Source of the DNA: Perkinsela sp. CCAP 1560/9
Taxonomy: Eukaryota; Protista; Euglenozoa: Kinetoplastea
DNA: 64,000 nt
Direction: 5' to 3'
Assembly (NCBI GenBank): GCA_965644495.1
Contig: CBFFSA010000003.1
Span: forward strand, 868,001-932,000
The notes beneath the pieces were generated by a model, which saw only the letters and a list, made by a program, of their open reading frames with translations, searched no databases and had not been told where the DNA came from. Shown one piece after another: positions 10,350 to 21,899 of the stretch. The translations under genes and the position numbers were made by a program. How positions within the stretch are numbered: the stretch's first letter is position 1; each line of letters begins with the position of its first letter.

Positions 10350-10985
10350 CCCACAAAACATTTTCCGTAAAGTGCCAGTGGTACGTGCAATTTCCGAATA
10401 TATCAAAAGCTCCCCACACCATAAGTTGCGTTGGATGATGTGTGCGGTCCATAAAGACGGGCGTCAGGGTGCTGTCATGCTTTCTTGCTCAAATTTCCTG
10501 CTAAAATTGGTGTCTCGTCAGAGAAAGTCAAACGGTCGAATAAGGTTGAGTTTTGCCTGAGCATTATCCCGGCAAATTTGACTCCGCACCCTTTTTTGTC
10601 GCTGCGTGAGAACAGATCTCTCTTCTTCATTGAATACGAGTATCCATTGTTGGTGAGAAGTTGGCTGAGCCTGTGACGCGAGGGAACAAGAGTGTCATCC
10701 AGCAAAAGTCTTGCAGTTCTTCTCTATCTTCGTTTCAAGACGTTTGATTTTGTTCGATAAAAATCTTTTTACATCAGCATGTTTTCTTTGTGTATTTTTT
10801 TGCAGAGCCTTCTGAACGTCAAGCGGCCCTCTTGCCACTGAAGCAGCGATTGGATGGATGCTGTCCTCCCCCACGCGGGTTCCGACTGATAACACCGTGT
10901 ACTTTTTATGATTAAGTAGTGTATCAGCGTTCAGAAATCTCGTTTTTGGCCGACAGGGAAACTCGCGACCGCACCGAGACCGCAC
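10350..10985 (-). pseudogene. IS630-Tc1-mariner transposase remnant (frameshifted)
   Basis: Minus-strand VPSRHRLSQLLTNNGYSY...KKGCGVKFA..ML...FDRLTFSDET corresponds to the HTH linker and first catalytic D; broken by stops and a frameshift. Confidence 0.7.
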
Positions 10986-11399
10986 CGAATCCCCGCCCGC
11001 AGCCCCTTCGTATTAGAATATAAATTTGGTTACACGATCTCTGATTACACGAGTTCCAAAAGGCAACTTCGGAGAGCAGTTCAGTGAATTCAAATGTTTC
11101 CCTATCAGACTCTTCTGAGTTTTAATCTTTGGCTTTGCACTCACCGAAATTCGCAAGCTCCGATTCGGAAGATGGTCCGAACCGGGATCCGGAAGATGAG
11201 TCAATAGACGCGGAAATCTCGAAGGAAAACATTTTTCCCTTCCCGGTGGGAAGAATCGAGCACATACATGAACCCCTATTAAATGGGGGGCATGGTGCTT
11301 GTCACACTTCTCTACTGTAACATTTTTTATCTCGTTCTGTCCTTTCCTTTCTACTGTGATTTATTTTGTTTTTTTTACTATGCAATTAGCCTGCCGTAC

Positions 11400-11594
11400 A
11401 TGTTTAGTGGAAAAGATATCCAAGCAGTTGGCAAAATGATTTTTTCTCGGATTGAATACTGTGGAGAATGGATTGCGTATTTTTTGGGTATCACTTCAAG
11501 TCGCTTCCAATACGTCGTGGATGAACATCAGAGAAGCATTAAAAAGGAAATATCTTCCAATGGACATGTCTTACTTGAAACGGTTTCCGGTTGA
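11400..11594 (+). CDS. small FAM177-like protein
   Basis: IEYCGEWIAYFLGITSSRFQYVVDEH resembles the FAM177 core (DYLGEKLASFFGITSPKYQYAIDEY). Start uncertain. Confidence 0.6.
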   Translation: MFSGKDIQAVGKMIFSRIEYCGEWIAYFLGITSSRFQYVVDEHQRSIKKEISSNGHVLLETVSG

Positions 11595-12143
11595 CCAATG
11601 GCACATGTGGTTTAAACTTGATGGACAGCTTGACGAAAAAAGTGTTCTGTCATTCACAAGACCTAGCTCATCTGGTGGCATTCCGTACACTATGATATAC
11701 AGTGTAGTTTATAGGTGCGTAATGTACACAGTAATGTAGAAAGCGAAAATACCATTTCCTTCTCCCTCAATACAAAGAGATGAAAGTGAAGCTGTATTGC
11801 GTCAAACTTTTGATAAAAAATCTTTGTGTTAGTTTCAAATAATTCTTCTCAAGCACGTAGCGTCTCATAGAGACACAACTATTTTTCGGGTTTAATCACT
11901 ATGAATAGCACTCGTTTTAATCATTATTCGATGGGCTTCTGAAGAAGAAATAGAACTAGACGGGAGGTTGAAAAGACTGTCCGAATCTGAAATTAGCTTG
12001 TAAACATGCCAACCTAGAAAGAGACGTAAATTGGTGAAAGTGTATATGTGGGCGGGAGGCAATCTAATTAGTACGGTCATTCTACTTCTATCTAGCTATT
12101 CCTCTGGCTGCACTTTCGTTTGTTTTATATTACCTTTACCTCT

Positions 12144-13472
12144 ATGGCGACTCAGCGAGCCTTACTAGAATTTGTCGACCCCTATTTTTTGGTCGGGAAG
12201 AGACCGAAGATCCCGGGTGGAGAGTGGACTTTAGATGCACTACGAAAGAAGTCTATTCATGATTTGCAGCAAATATGGTTCACGGTACTGAAAGAAAAAA
12301 ATAAAGTGAATACAATGGAGAGACATTATATTGTCCATCAAGAAACCTTGGGCGCTATGCCAGCACCCTCGCGCAAAGAGCTTCTAATTAAATCGCAGCA
12401 GAACATAAAGAAGGTCATGAGAGAGCGGCACGACATGGCAACTGAAAAAGCAATGCAAATTTTTGAAGAAAGGTTACAAAGAGGAATCTATCGCTATCCG
12501 CCAGGACCTCAACCTCCCCCGAAAAAGACAACTTCGCGTTTGCTGTTGATCACCGAAGCCAAACCAGAGGAAGATAGTATTCGTGAAGCATTTGGTACTC
12601 CTGAGGTGTTCGAAAGTCATAAGGGAATCGTGAACCTCTCTACTACGCTCCCAGAAGATGTGCTTGAAAAGAAAAGACGCGCATACAATGACTTCGAAGA
12701 GTGGTACTATGCCAAACAAGCGCATCAAGATTACTACCGCTTCAACAACTTTAACAGTGCGTTGGATGACGTTGAAATTGAAATAGCTCCTGGAGTTTTT
12801 AGCAAGGGTACTTGCGCGAGAAACGTACGTGTACCCGCACGGTCACCACCGCAGGAACCTCCTACGGATGTCATGAAAAGAATCGAGTGGGAAAGTTTGT
12901 CTATACTAGAGAAGAACACTATTCAGCTCGATTTCTTTCCTAATCTGACGTCAGAGGCACCGAGTCCTCCGGGACCGCGTCCGACGCACCCGGATGAAAT
13001 TTTTGGTCCATGGGAGACAACTGTCGTCTTTGATAACCCAACCCGAGCTCGAGAAATGTTAGTAAAGCTTAAAAATGTTGACCACGTAGGAGGCGTAAAG
13101 CTGGTAAACTGTAAAGAATGTGATGACCCTCCAGTTCCCTACGCAACACAGTGTCCCATGTATGAAGAAGCGAGAAATAAAGAGAAAGCATATCAACTTG
13201 AGACGCAAAACAATCCGAATCTGACTGAGTGGAACAATAAGTACAAACGACCTTTCCAGCAAAGTCTAGCTGATATAATTTGCTACAACTACAACAATAA
13301 AGTAGATTATGCCGAACGAGAAGCCAGGTTGATGAACCAGGATCTATGGGAATCGCCAGTTCCTATTGATCATACATGTGGTAAACTCTATCAAGTACCT
13401 ACGTGGGTATCAGAAAGGGACCAGTGGGACGCCGATATTGCACGGTTTCCCATGGAGCTCGAGCGGTACTGA
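12144..13472 (+). CDS. MRPL47: mitochondrial ribosomal protein uL29m (MRPL47), long kinetoplastid-type form
   Basis: ALLEFVD...GGEWTLDALRKKSIHDLQQIWFTVLKEKN...SQQNIKKVMRER followed by a long C-terminal extension. Confidence 0.9.
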   Translation: MATQRALLEFVDPYFLVGKRPKIPGGEWTLDALRKKSIHDLQQIWFTVLKEKNKVNTMERHYIVHQETLGAMPAPSRKELLIKSQQNIKKVMRERHDMATEKAMQIFEERLQRGIYRYPPGPQPPPKKTTSRLLLITEAKPEEDSIREAFGTPEVFESHKGIVNLSTTLPEDVLEKKRRAYNDFEEWYYAKQAHQDYYRFNNFNSALDDVEIEIAPGVFSKGTCARNVRVPARSPPQEPPTDVMKRIEWESLSILEKNTIQLDFFPNLTSEAPSPPGPRPTHPDEIFGPWETTVVFDNPTRAREMLVKLKNVDHVGGVKLVNCKECDDPPVPYATQCPMYEEARNKEKAYQLETQNNPNLTEWNNKYKRPFQQSLADIICYNYNNKVDYAEREARLMNQDLWESPVPIDHTCGKLYQVPTWVSERDQWDADIARFPMELERY

Positions 13473-13805
13473 TCAGGAATTTGTCAAAATGAGGACCCGT
13501 GATGTTAGAAGACATCTCGCAGAGAAATCAATGTTTGGCTAATTTTCACAGCGTTCATCCGATTTCAGGTTTATATTATATTTCTTCGCTCTTGTTTTGA
13601 GGAAAAACTAATGATACGAGGAGTGTAGACATACAGTACTTAGTGTGCATCATACACGTACATTGTATAGGCTATGAATATAAGAGAGAAACAAATCTTT
13701 ATTTTATCTGATGCTAGTTCCTTCCGCTAGTAAGCAACAAATGTCATACATACTTTTTACGTACGTATTCGTTATATTTTTTCTAGTTCCATATTTCACA
13801 GAAAC

Positions 13806-16505
13806 ATGAATAATTTGATATCGTTGAAGACGAATTCCTTGAATTTTCTGGAGCATGATGCTTGGGTACGTTTATGCGTCCTTGTGGAAACATCTCATCC
13901 AGTAACAAGCGATCAGAAAGAATCACTTCGCAGTAGTGTCCATCAACTAATTGCGGAGACTAATATGCACCAAAATGATATTGCTTTTCTCCTTTTTCAA
14001 TCTGAAAACATCAATGGGTTTTTGAATCTTGAATTTACAAAGCGTCTTCTACTTTTTCTGGATGTGAAAATGATTTGTCTTGCACTAAGCAAATTTGAAC
14101 CTCCACGTAGTCTGTCACTATTTGACTTTTGTGTCAATAATAACTTTTTGCAATACGGTGATATACACTTGGTCGAGAGATTATTATCTGGTGCCGCAGC
14201 ATCAAATTCGAAAGATCAACAGTGCAAAGCCCCACCTTTATCGTCTAGCCTTTATGCCTTAATCGGAGACTTGTCCCAACTGGCAAACCTTTCACCGCCT
14301 CAGAATTTTGAGGACGGTCCTTGCTTGAGGCGCTTCCTTTTAGATAAAATCAAGTCAAAGAATTTCTTGGCCGCATACACAAGCATCGAATCTTTCCTGG
14401 GTTACTTCTCAGAAGACGTCAGTGCTCGCTTGTTGCCATGTATAATAGCTGAAGAAAATATATCTATGCTATGTCGCTTTTTGAAGCACATTAATCCTGT
14501 TTATTTTTCCAAAAACCTTTCATCTCTTCGCACCGCTTCGGTGCACTTACTTTCACTTTCGGAAGGCGTGTCATGCGGATTGAAGTATTTCGCCTATTGC
14601 ACCCTTATTCCATCTTTACTTCACGCTGATCCTACTCAACTGGGGCTTCCAGAAAACCGGTCCATTATTACAAGCTTTTTTATGATATGCAGAACAGTCA
14701 CGCGGGACCGTGAAGAACGCCTGAGGTTGTACAACTTTTTAGAAGAATATCCCAATTTCAAGGATGAAGTTGATGATAACGCCCAGAGCGCGACTTATTT
14801 CCCTAGAAAGGGGGTATTGTGGAGAAATTTTCCTTCAACCTTTGTGTACATGCTGAGTTGGCAAACATCTTATCCAGGACGTCGTTCCGGAAAAGGTATG
14901 GACTGGATAGTGAATGAGCTGCAAAATTTTCGCGACGACTTTGTGATGCGCGAAATGCTCTACAACGCTGTTGAAAGGCTTTTAACTCGATCTTTGATGG
15001 ACGATATTAAGAATGATCCTTCTTCTGAACGAGATAAGTCAGCATCAAATCAAGTATCTTTGTTTAAACTATTGCATGAAAATTCTCTTCTAGATTGGGA
15101 TTCCTTTGCCCAAATTGTTCTTCGTATTATGAGGGCTCTAAACCTCGAAAGTCAACCATTATCACTTTCTAGAACTGCACATACAGTCGCTACCGCTTTC
15201 GTTGCAATTACAGACACTTGTTCGTCCTCAACCAGAAACTTGTGTATGCAGAGTGGAAATTTGGCCGGGTTAATGGTTGGCCCAGTCGCATACCTGTTCG
15301 CTTTTTATGGCGCATCAGCCGTTAAACTACGACCAAGACAAAGGGCGCTTAGCTACTTGTTGGGCGCCGGGAGTGAAACTCATTTCTTATTAACCCTTGA
15401 AGTAGCACAATTGTATTCACGCATTTACCACACAGATACCTCCAATCGAGACACAGTTCAGCAGTCTGAACCTTACGATGGAGCTATCCGACAACTCTTA
15501 CATGCCCTCCTGGAAATCTCGCAAGGTATATCGCAAGAGGAGTTTAGCCACATTACTCTTTCCGGCAAATCTGTATTGTCATCGAGTACCAGTGAACAGG
15601 ACAGGAAAGAGGCCGTGCTACCCACACCTGAATTTGAACCTGCTTTATCGGAAAGCCGTAGAGACATCATAGACAAGGCGTCTCTTCCCGCTCAGCTTGT
15701 CGCAGTCCTTAGAAGAGTTTTTGCTCCCGCGGCTCATTTTCTTGAAGGATCAGCTACAGAGATCGAGTTCCAGAGGCTATCTGCGTATGACATAGGTTGG
15801 GCTGATCAGCGATGGACAGACGCTGAGCTTCTTAGCAAGCTTCCAAGTACTGGTACTCAAGGTGCAAGCTTCATTATTTCGGAATTTGAAACACAAGCTC
15901 AGCGCTACATTTCTCTAAAGCAGCGTTGTCAATTTCTAAAAATTGAAGATATTTCTTCGTTTATTGAATCCTTCGTGATACCTCGAATTCGTTTTCGGGG
16001 AATGGATGTTCCAGTGTGTGTTAACTTTTTGGACCTCCTGCTTTCTGTCACGGACTATATAAAGCCGTGCTTAGTTTATGTGCTGAATACTGTTGAATAC
16101 AGCTATGCATTCGAAATTCGAAACTGTGCTCTTTTTCTTCGATCGCTATTAGAAATGCTTATAGCTGCTCATACGAAGGAACTGATAAATGATTCTGACT
16201 TTTGTAACACGACGGAGGATTTCGTGGAAATATTCTGTGAATTTTTGAAACTTCAAAAACAGTTACGGGCGTTTTCAACGTGGGTTGAAATGATAGCGCC
16301 ACTTGTAGAGCTTATTGCCATAAATAAAAAGACTTGTCAAATTCTGATGGATGCTTTATTAATCTGTCGAGGAATGGAAACTCGGAGTTTGGAAGCTGAT
16401 TTAATTCGCAAAGCTTTAGACCAAGTTTATCAAAATGGCAATGACCTTGGTTTATCAAATGAGGATATACAATCAAAGAGTCAAATTAACGTTTCAATAA
16501 CGTAA
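13806..16505 (+). CDS. large hypothetical, probably alpha-helical repeat protein (899 aa)
   Basis: Uninterrupted Leu-rich ORF on the cluster strand; no motif recognised. Confidence 0.75.
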   Translation: MNNLISLKTNSLNFLEHDAWVRLCVLVETSHPVTSDQKESLRSSVHQLIAETNMHQNDIAFLLFQSENINGFLNLEFTKRLLLFLDVKMICLALSKFEPPRSLSLFDFCVNNNFLQYGDIHLVERLLSGAAASNSKDQQCKAPPLSSSLYALIGDLSQLANLSPPQNFEDGPCLRRFLLDKIKSKNFLAAYTSIESFLGYFSEDVSARLLPCIIAEENISMLCRFLKHINPVYFSKNLSSLRTASVHLLSLSEGVSCGLKYFAYCTLIPSLLHADPTQLGLPENRSIITSFFMICRTVTRDREERLRLYNFLEEYPNFKDEVDDNAQSATYFPRKGVLWRNFPSTFVYMLSWQTSYPGRRSGKGMDWIVNELQNFRDDFVMREMLYNAVERLLTRSLMDDIKNDPSSERDKSASNQVSLFKLLHENSLLDWDSFAQIVLRIMRALNLESQPLSLSRTAHTVATAFVAITDTCSSSTRNLCMQSGNLAGLMVGPVAYLFAFYGASAVKLRPRQRALSYLLGAGSETHFLLTLEVAQLYSRIYHTDTSNRDTVQQSEPYDGAIRQLLHALLEISQGISQEEFSHITLSGKSVLSSSTSEQDRKEAVLPTPEFEPALSESRRDIIDKASLPAQLVAVLRRVFAPAAHFLEGSATEIEFQRLSAYDIGWADQRWTDAELLSKLPSTGTQGASFIISEFETQAQRYISLKQRCQFLKIEDISSFIESFVIPRIRFRGMDVPVCVNFLDLLLSVTDYIKPCLVYVLNTVEYSYAFEIRNCALFLRSLLEMLIAAHTKELINDSDFCNTTEDFVEIFCEFLKLQKQLRAFSTWVEMIAPLVELIAINKKTCQILMDALLICRGMETRSLEADLIRKALDQVYQNGNDLGLSNEDIQSKSQINVSIT

Positions 16506-16681
16506 GAGAGTCTGTACTAACACGTATCTCCTAAGTGAAGTTAACAGATTCTCTTATAGTCTTAATGTTTTAGACCCATATTACGTCGACCACGGCAAAA
16601 ACGAACAGAAGATAAACATAATTTTACGGCACAGATTTAAATGGGAAGTAGGTTCTGTTTCATTTTTTTCTAAATCTTACG

Positions 16682-19600
16682 ATGACATCGATTGACCATT
16701 CTCTGATTTCGTTAGAGAACATTTTATGGTTACTTTGGGGGCGTTCCGGAAAAGAACTTGCGCAAGATTGCTGTCAAGACTCACCGCAGTTAGATGATAA
16801 AGATATTTATTGTCAACGCCAGGTGCCCAAGAAAACGGATCTGTCCGCGCACTCATCCGAATGCGACTCTAGTATATCGAGTATTGCTCACCTAGAATCT
16901 TGCATAGCACCAAGGAGCATCGATTCTGGATCACAAATGCTTGCTCTTAGAACGTCCATCCCACAAAAAAATTATTATCCGGGTCTTGAGGATGTTATTG
17001 ACGTTGAAGCCGTGGAAGTACCAACTTTGATTAACGCTTTACAGTTTATTATAGATCATCGTGCAGAGTTTGCGGCTCGTAAATTGCGAAGGCCTGATCA
17101 TTATAATGGAATAAAGAGCTCAGATTTTGATATCGCTTGGAGTTTCATATTGGATTCGTGCGACAAGCTCCCCTTAAAGATATCCAGGAGTATATACGCG
17201 TCATATTTGTCACATAACCCATTGAATCATCCCGTCCGATCTGTATGGCTAGATCGTGAAATTTCTCACGTACATTTGTTAATCCAGAATAATCTTGACG
17301 TTTCGAGCGAATTTGCCACGTGCGCCAGTGATTCAGTTGAAAATCGTGCCGTATTGCCGTCGTACACTGAAGTAGATGTTAGTCTCAAATTTATTAAGCG
17401 TGAATTCTTGCAATGGTTATGGAACAGCCATAGTCTGCCACTATGGGAAACTTATTTATATTACCTGAACGTTGTCCAGCCCAAGGTAAGTAGCAGTTTG
17501 AAACGTCGTATTCTCCAAAGAGCTATTACCGAAGTACAGTTTCACCCACGATCATCAAACCTTTGGAACATGTTGATCCACCACGAATATGATCTTTTGC
17601 AAAAAGATTCCCAAAATTCACGACACCTCGTGTTCTTATTGGTGCAATATTTTGACTCCCCCTTGATACATAGTAGTGATCCAATAACGGAGCATGCATC
17701 TCTTCTTCGTCGATTGCGTAAGGATCCTGAATACGATTCACTGATTACATACCTCTGTAAATGTGTGCTGCCTTCTCGTAGCTTGGACGGCATTCAGCTC
17801 GACGCAATGTTTAATTCTTTTCAACGTTCTTATTATAGATCTGGAATCCCGTTCACCATCCCCGATGTTGAGTCACTCCCTTTACCAGAGTGTGAGAAAT
17901 GGGCCTACCGTATCATTGACTTTTATTCTCCTGCATTGAGGAACATTGAGATATCGAAATCGGACTTTAAAATACCGTCCTTCTCTCTTACGGATCCACG
18001 GAGACTGCAGGAGATACAGATGAGCGCCGCACATTATTTTTCCTCTCAATTTCAATGTCCCTCTTCGCTATCTTCTCATATCCTTTTTATGCTTCATCGA
18101 AGGAAACATTCGGATGCATGCATTTCAGGTACAAATTCTTCGTTCGGTTTGTATCCGCGTGACTCTACGAATAATTTAGGCAATAAAACATGCAGTTTTC
18201 AGGCACTGGGAAAAAGCAGTGTAGCAAACGCTGAAGTTGCACATAATATGGAACTCTCGAATTCGAAAGAATTTGATGAATACTGTTCTTCAGACCTGAA
18301 TTTTCAGCATCGTGAGTTACTTCTACTGCAAGAGTTACGTTCGTTTGTTGTGAAAACGAGAAGTGGCAATTCATTATCCAACACTTCGAATGAGGATCAC
18401 GATCAACGTACTATGGTACTCCTTCGAAATCAAATTACTGAGATTGCAAAATGCAAGAGCATTGGATGGAGGGTCTTTTTATTTTTGTCTCGACTCGAGG
18501 TTCAACTTTTCCAGGATCATGGAAACCTAATTTCAAATCTCATAGATCAGGCTCTAAAATCTTTTGGCGTATCAGACGTTGTATTCGTACATCGAATATG
18601 CGATTTCTTTTTTTTCACGCAGAATTTTTCGAGACTCTCAATACTTTTGGAAAAGGCTATTCAGTATGCAGAGAAGCATGGCAATTCGGTCGCATTACGA
18701 AGTCTCTGGGGTCGGCATTATCAAGTTGTTAAGAATTTTCGCCCTTCGTGGTATCTTCCTTCTCTCGAAATTCGACAACAATGTGTTCCAGCAATTGCCT
18801 GCCTGACAGGCGAGTTAAGTCCGTATTTACAGAGGAGTAATATTTCGTATGGCTTTCAGCGAAGTGATTCTCTTTCCGAAATTGAGATGTACGACACGAC
18901 CGTGGCAATGAACGCGCTAGAACGTTTTCTTCTGACTTTTGGTCCCTTGGGACAATTTCTCGCCTTAAAACGTTATGATACGTTCGGTAGTAATACTGAT
19001 TGCTCGCTCTTTGTGAATGCGTTTACAAAGTTGAATGAGCTCGAATCCGTGCAAAGTAAAATATTGGCATGGAAGAAAGCTCTACAATATGACGAAGGAC
19101 TTCGAACAACGCTACAAACTCTAGGAATGCTTGATCAAATTACGAATGAGTTAGGCGGTGAGAAACCAACGATTGTAAATCAGTGTTTGCTTCCACATCG
19201 CTCTCAAAACGTGAGCCTACATGGGACTAGGACACGTCCTGTTCAATTTATGCTGCGACCACTTGGAAAAACGATATGCAAGCATCACTCAATGATAAAA
19301 TACAAATCTTGGTCACTTAGACATCCTCGTCGGATTCTAGATAGCGTATACCATAAGGGTCGTCGCCACGTATTCTCTCCTCCCTTTGTCTTCCATCGTG
19401 ATTTCAAACAGGACATCAGGAAAAGGAGTCGATCATTCGCACCGAAAAAGAAACATACGGATGAAAAAGCCTATATTTCTCTTCTTCCACAGGCACGTAC
19501 CCTTGTAGATCTTTTTCTTTCTTTGAAGCATAAAGAAAGCGAGGATATTTTCGTTCCGAATGCGCCTTTTGTCACCAACTTGCTTTGCAGCGTATCGTGA
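16682..19600 (+). CDS. HAT-repeat protein, CstF-77/Rna14 (Suf)-like cleavage stimulation factor subunit
   Basis: SLPLWETYLYY; RAITEVQFHPRSSNLWNMLI; VFLFLSRLE...NLIDQALKSFG..VVFVHRICDFF...RLSILLEKAI...LWGRH aligns by eye with CstF-77 (VYVTAALME...IFELGLKKYG..EYV..YIDYL...RVLFERVL...IWARF). Confidence 0.7.
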   Translation: MTSIDHSLISLENILWLLWGRSGKELAQDCCQDSPQLDDKDIYCQRQVPKKTDLSAHSSECDSSISSIAHLESCIAPRSIDSGSQMLALRTSIPQKNYYPGLEDVIDVEAVEVPTLINALQFIIDHRAEFAARKLRRPDHYNGIKSSDFDIAWSFILDSCDKLPLKISRSIYASYLSHNPLNHPVRSVWLDREISHVHLLIQNNLDVSSEFATCASDSVENRAVLPSYTEVDVSLKFIKREFLQWLWNSHSLPLWETYLYYLNVVQPKVSSSLKRRILQRAITEVQFHPRSSNLWNMLIHHEYDLLQKDSQNSRHLVFLLVQYFDSPLIHSSDPITEHASLLRRLRKDPEYDSLITYLCKCVLPSRSLDGIQLDAMFNSFQRSYYRSGIPFTIPDVESLPLPECEKWAYRIIDFYSPALRNIEISKSDFKIPSFSLTDPRRLQEIQMSAAHYFSSQFQCPSSLSSHILFMLHRRKHSDACISGTNSSFGLYPRDSTNNLGNKTCSFQALGKSSVANAEVAHNMELSNSKEFDEYCSSDLNFQHRELLLLQELRSFVVKTRSGNSLSNTSNEDHDQRTMVLLRNQITEIAKCKSIGWRVFLFLSRLEVQLFQDHGNLISNLIDQALKSFGVSDVVFVHRICDFFFFTQNFSRLSILLEKAIQYAEKHGNSVALRSLWGRHYQVVKNFRPSWYLPSLEIRQQCVPAIACLTGELSPYLQRSNISYGFQRSDSLSEIEMYDTTVAMNALERFLLTFGPLGQFLALKRYDTFGSNTDCSLFVNAFTKLNELESVQSKILAWKKALQYDEGLRTTLQTLGMLDQITNELGGEKPTIVNQCLLPHRSQNVSLHGTRTRPVQFMLRPLGKTICKHHSMIKYKSWSLRHPRRILDSVYHKGRRHVFSPPFVFHRDFKQDIRKRSRSFAPKKKHTDEKAYISLLPQARTLVDLFLSLKHKESEDIFVPNAPFVTNLLCSVS

Positions 19601-19906
19601 TCAATAACCCCAAAGTGGAAAAGTAAAGTTATACACATCGAATACTGCTTCGTTGAATAAGCTCCTCGAAATCGCAATATAATATTATATTGCATCTTGA
19701 TCAATAATAATCAGGCTTGTTTTATCAAGTACGTGTATCTAACATGTATCTACATACATGTAGTATCTAAGCTTGCATACTTCACTGAATAGTTTATCGT
19801 ATTATTAAAAATACATTAGTTAACTCTAAATAAATATTTAGATTTTATAACTCTATATAGATATTGTGATTCGCTATGCAGAAATAACAATTACTTACTT
19901 TTATCT

Positions 19907-21175
19907 ATGGACGCACTTCCTTTCGCATTGAGCTACGACCCCGCCATACCTCAGCAAACGAAACCGCAGCAAGAGCATAAAATCGCTCTACAGTTCAGCT
20001 ATATGGGGCACAACTACGGTGGGCTTAACTTTCAACCCGACTATTCGAACACAGTAGAAGAAAAGTTGTTCGATGCTTTGCGGAGAACTCATTTATGCCG
20101 TTTTGAAAAAATATCCTCCCAGGCTAAAAATATTTCGAGTTCCGAACGCACGGTGAACTATGAAACACCGCCTCAATTTTCTAGATGTGGACGGACGGAT
20201 CGAGGCGTAAGTGCTTTTCAGAACGTCGTGTCTCTCATGGTCCGATCAAAAGGGTGGGAGACCGGTGCCAAGGATCACCTTCCGAAGTCCAATACAGCGA
20301 AAGAGTATGATTACGTTCGATTGCTGAATCGTGTTCTTCCAATCGATATACGCGTTCGTGCATGGGCTCCTGTAAGCAAAGATTTTGATGCTCGGTTTTC
20401 TTGCATTGCTCGAACATACAGATACTATTTTTTTGTTTCTGACCTGAGCCTCGATCGCATGCAATGTGCTGCACGGTACTTCGTAGGAACTCACAACTTT
20501 AGAAATTTTTGTCAGCTTAATAGTTCGACGAACAGTTTCATCCGGAACATTTCGGAATTTAACCTCGTTGTTGAGCAGTGTCCAACAAATGGTCAGGCTG
20601 TTGCTTATTTTCATATCAAAGGTAAAGCTTTCTTGTATCACCAAGTTCGCTGCATGATGTCTGTGTTGTTTCTTGTTGGAAGAGGCCTCGAGCGACCAGA
20701 TATTGTACAGCAACTGTTGGATCCTCAAATATTTATAAAAAAGCCGGTCTATAAACTTGCCGATGAACACTCACTCTGCTTGTGGTTCTGTGAATTCAAC
20801 TCTGATCCGCCTATTCAGTGGAGGAAGAGTAATTTTTCTCACCCGTCCTTAGGAAAACAAAGGACTTCAGAACCCCTTTCTTCGAATCTATGGTGGCCCG
20901 TCTCGATGATATCAAGGAGCCATGATCACACACAAGGTTACGGACCTATTCTGGTTTCTTCACTCATTCGTGTAAAAATCATGATGGACATGGAAATTCA
21001 GACAATTTCCTTACAGAATACTGACAATGTTGCTGGACATTCCGAAGTGGCTGAAAATTTGACACACGTTCCTTTGTCTTGCCGTCCGTTTGAGCTGGAA
21101 CATACAGAGTTTGTACGTAGACTAGAAGTCCGAACACAGAGGCGCGCGGCCAGAAACCTGAGAAGTCAGTCTTAG
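19907..21175 (+). CDS. PUS3: tRNA pseudouridine synthase, TruA family (Pus3/Deg1-like)
   Basis: IALQFSYMGHNYGG, SRCGRTDRGVSA (catalytic D), LNRVLPIDIRV, FDARFSC..RTYRYYF, GTHNFRNFC, AFLYHQVRCMM. Confidence 0.95.
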   Translation: MDALPFALSYDPAIPQQTKPQQEHKIALQFSYMGHNYGGLNFQPDYSNTVEEKLFDALRRTHLCRFEKISSQAKNISSSERTVNYETPPQFSRCGRTDRGVSAFQNVVSLMVRSKGWETGAKDHLPKSNTAKEYDYVRLLNRVLPIDIRVRAWAPVSKDFDARFSCIARTYRYYFFVSDLSLDRMQCAARYFVGTHNFRNFCQLNSSTNSFIRNISEFNLVVEQCPTNGQAVAYFHIKGKAFLYHQVRCMMSVLFLVGRGLERPDIVQQLLDPQIFIKKPVYKLADEHSLCLWFCEFNSDPPIQWRKSNFSHPSLGKQRTSEPLSSNLWWPVSMISRSHDHTQGYGPILVSSLIRVKIMMDMEIQTISLQNTDNVAGHSEVAENLTHVPLSCRPFELEHTEFVRRLEVRTQRRAARNLRSQS

Positions 21176-21899
21176 TCTGCTAAATGAATTTTTAGTTGAT
21201 GGAGTTAGATTTTCTTCCTAGATTGTGTCTTCAGTTTGATAAAAGAGTGATCGAACATCTTGTCTATTTCGAGTAATGTTTTTCTGAACACTAAAACGTG
21301 TTTCGAAACTCGTATTTCTCCCTCGTAGGACTCTTTTAGGGCGGGTTGACTGCTATGCTAAGCATTTTGCCTGGCGGATAGGGGAGGTTAGTTTATGAAA
21401 TAGTATTTACCACTTGGGCTGTAGAATAAGCACATGATACAGTAAAAGTAAAGTTTTACACCTTTACGCGCAAATTGATTTGTATGTAAACAAAGTCCTC
21501 TTGCTAGAGCATCCTCTTGCAACATCCTCTTGCTCCTTATGCAGGACAGTATTCAATTACAGCCGTATTTTATTACGGTTTTATTTTATTACGGCATTAT
21601 TTAATTAAGGTTTGTTTCTCAATTAAGGTATTTTTACTCAAAAATGTCTAAATCTGCATATTGACTACCAAAAAGGAATCCTACAAAGAAAGGATAGGTT
21701 TTATTAAGGATTCTCCCTCGTCATAGCGGTTTTCAGGTTCCTTGAAGTAAACGGGGGTCCGGTTTAGCATACCCCCCGGTATGGTACGAGGTCACAGGTA
21801 GTATAGAGGTAGTGTACAGCTCACAGGTAGTCATACAACGTATGTCCGGAAAAGGAAAACCCTACTGCGTATCAAGGTCATCGTCCGACCGGACCTTCA

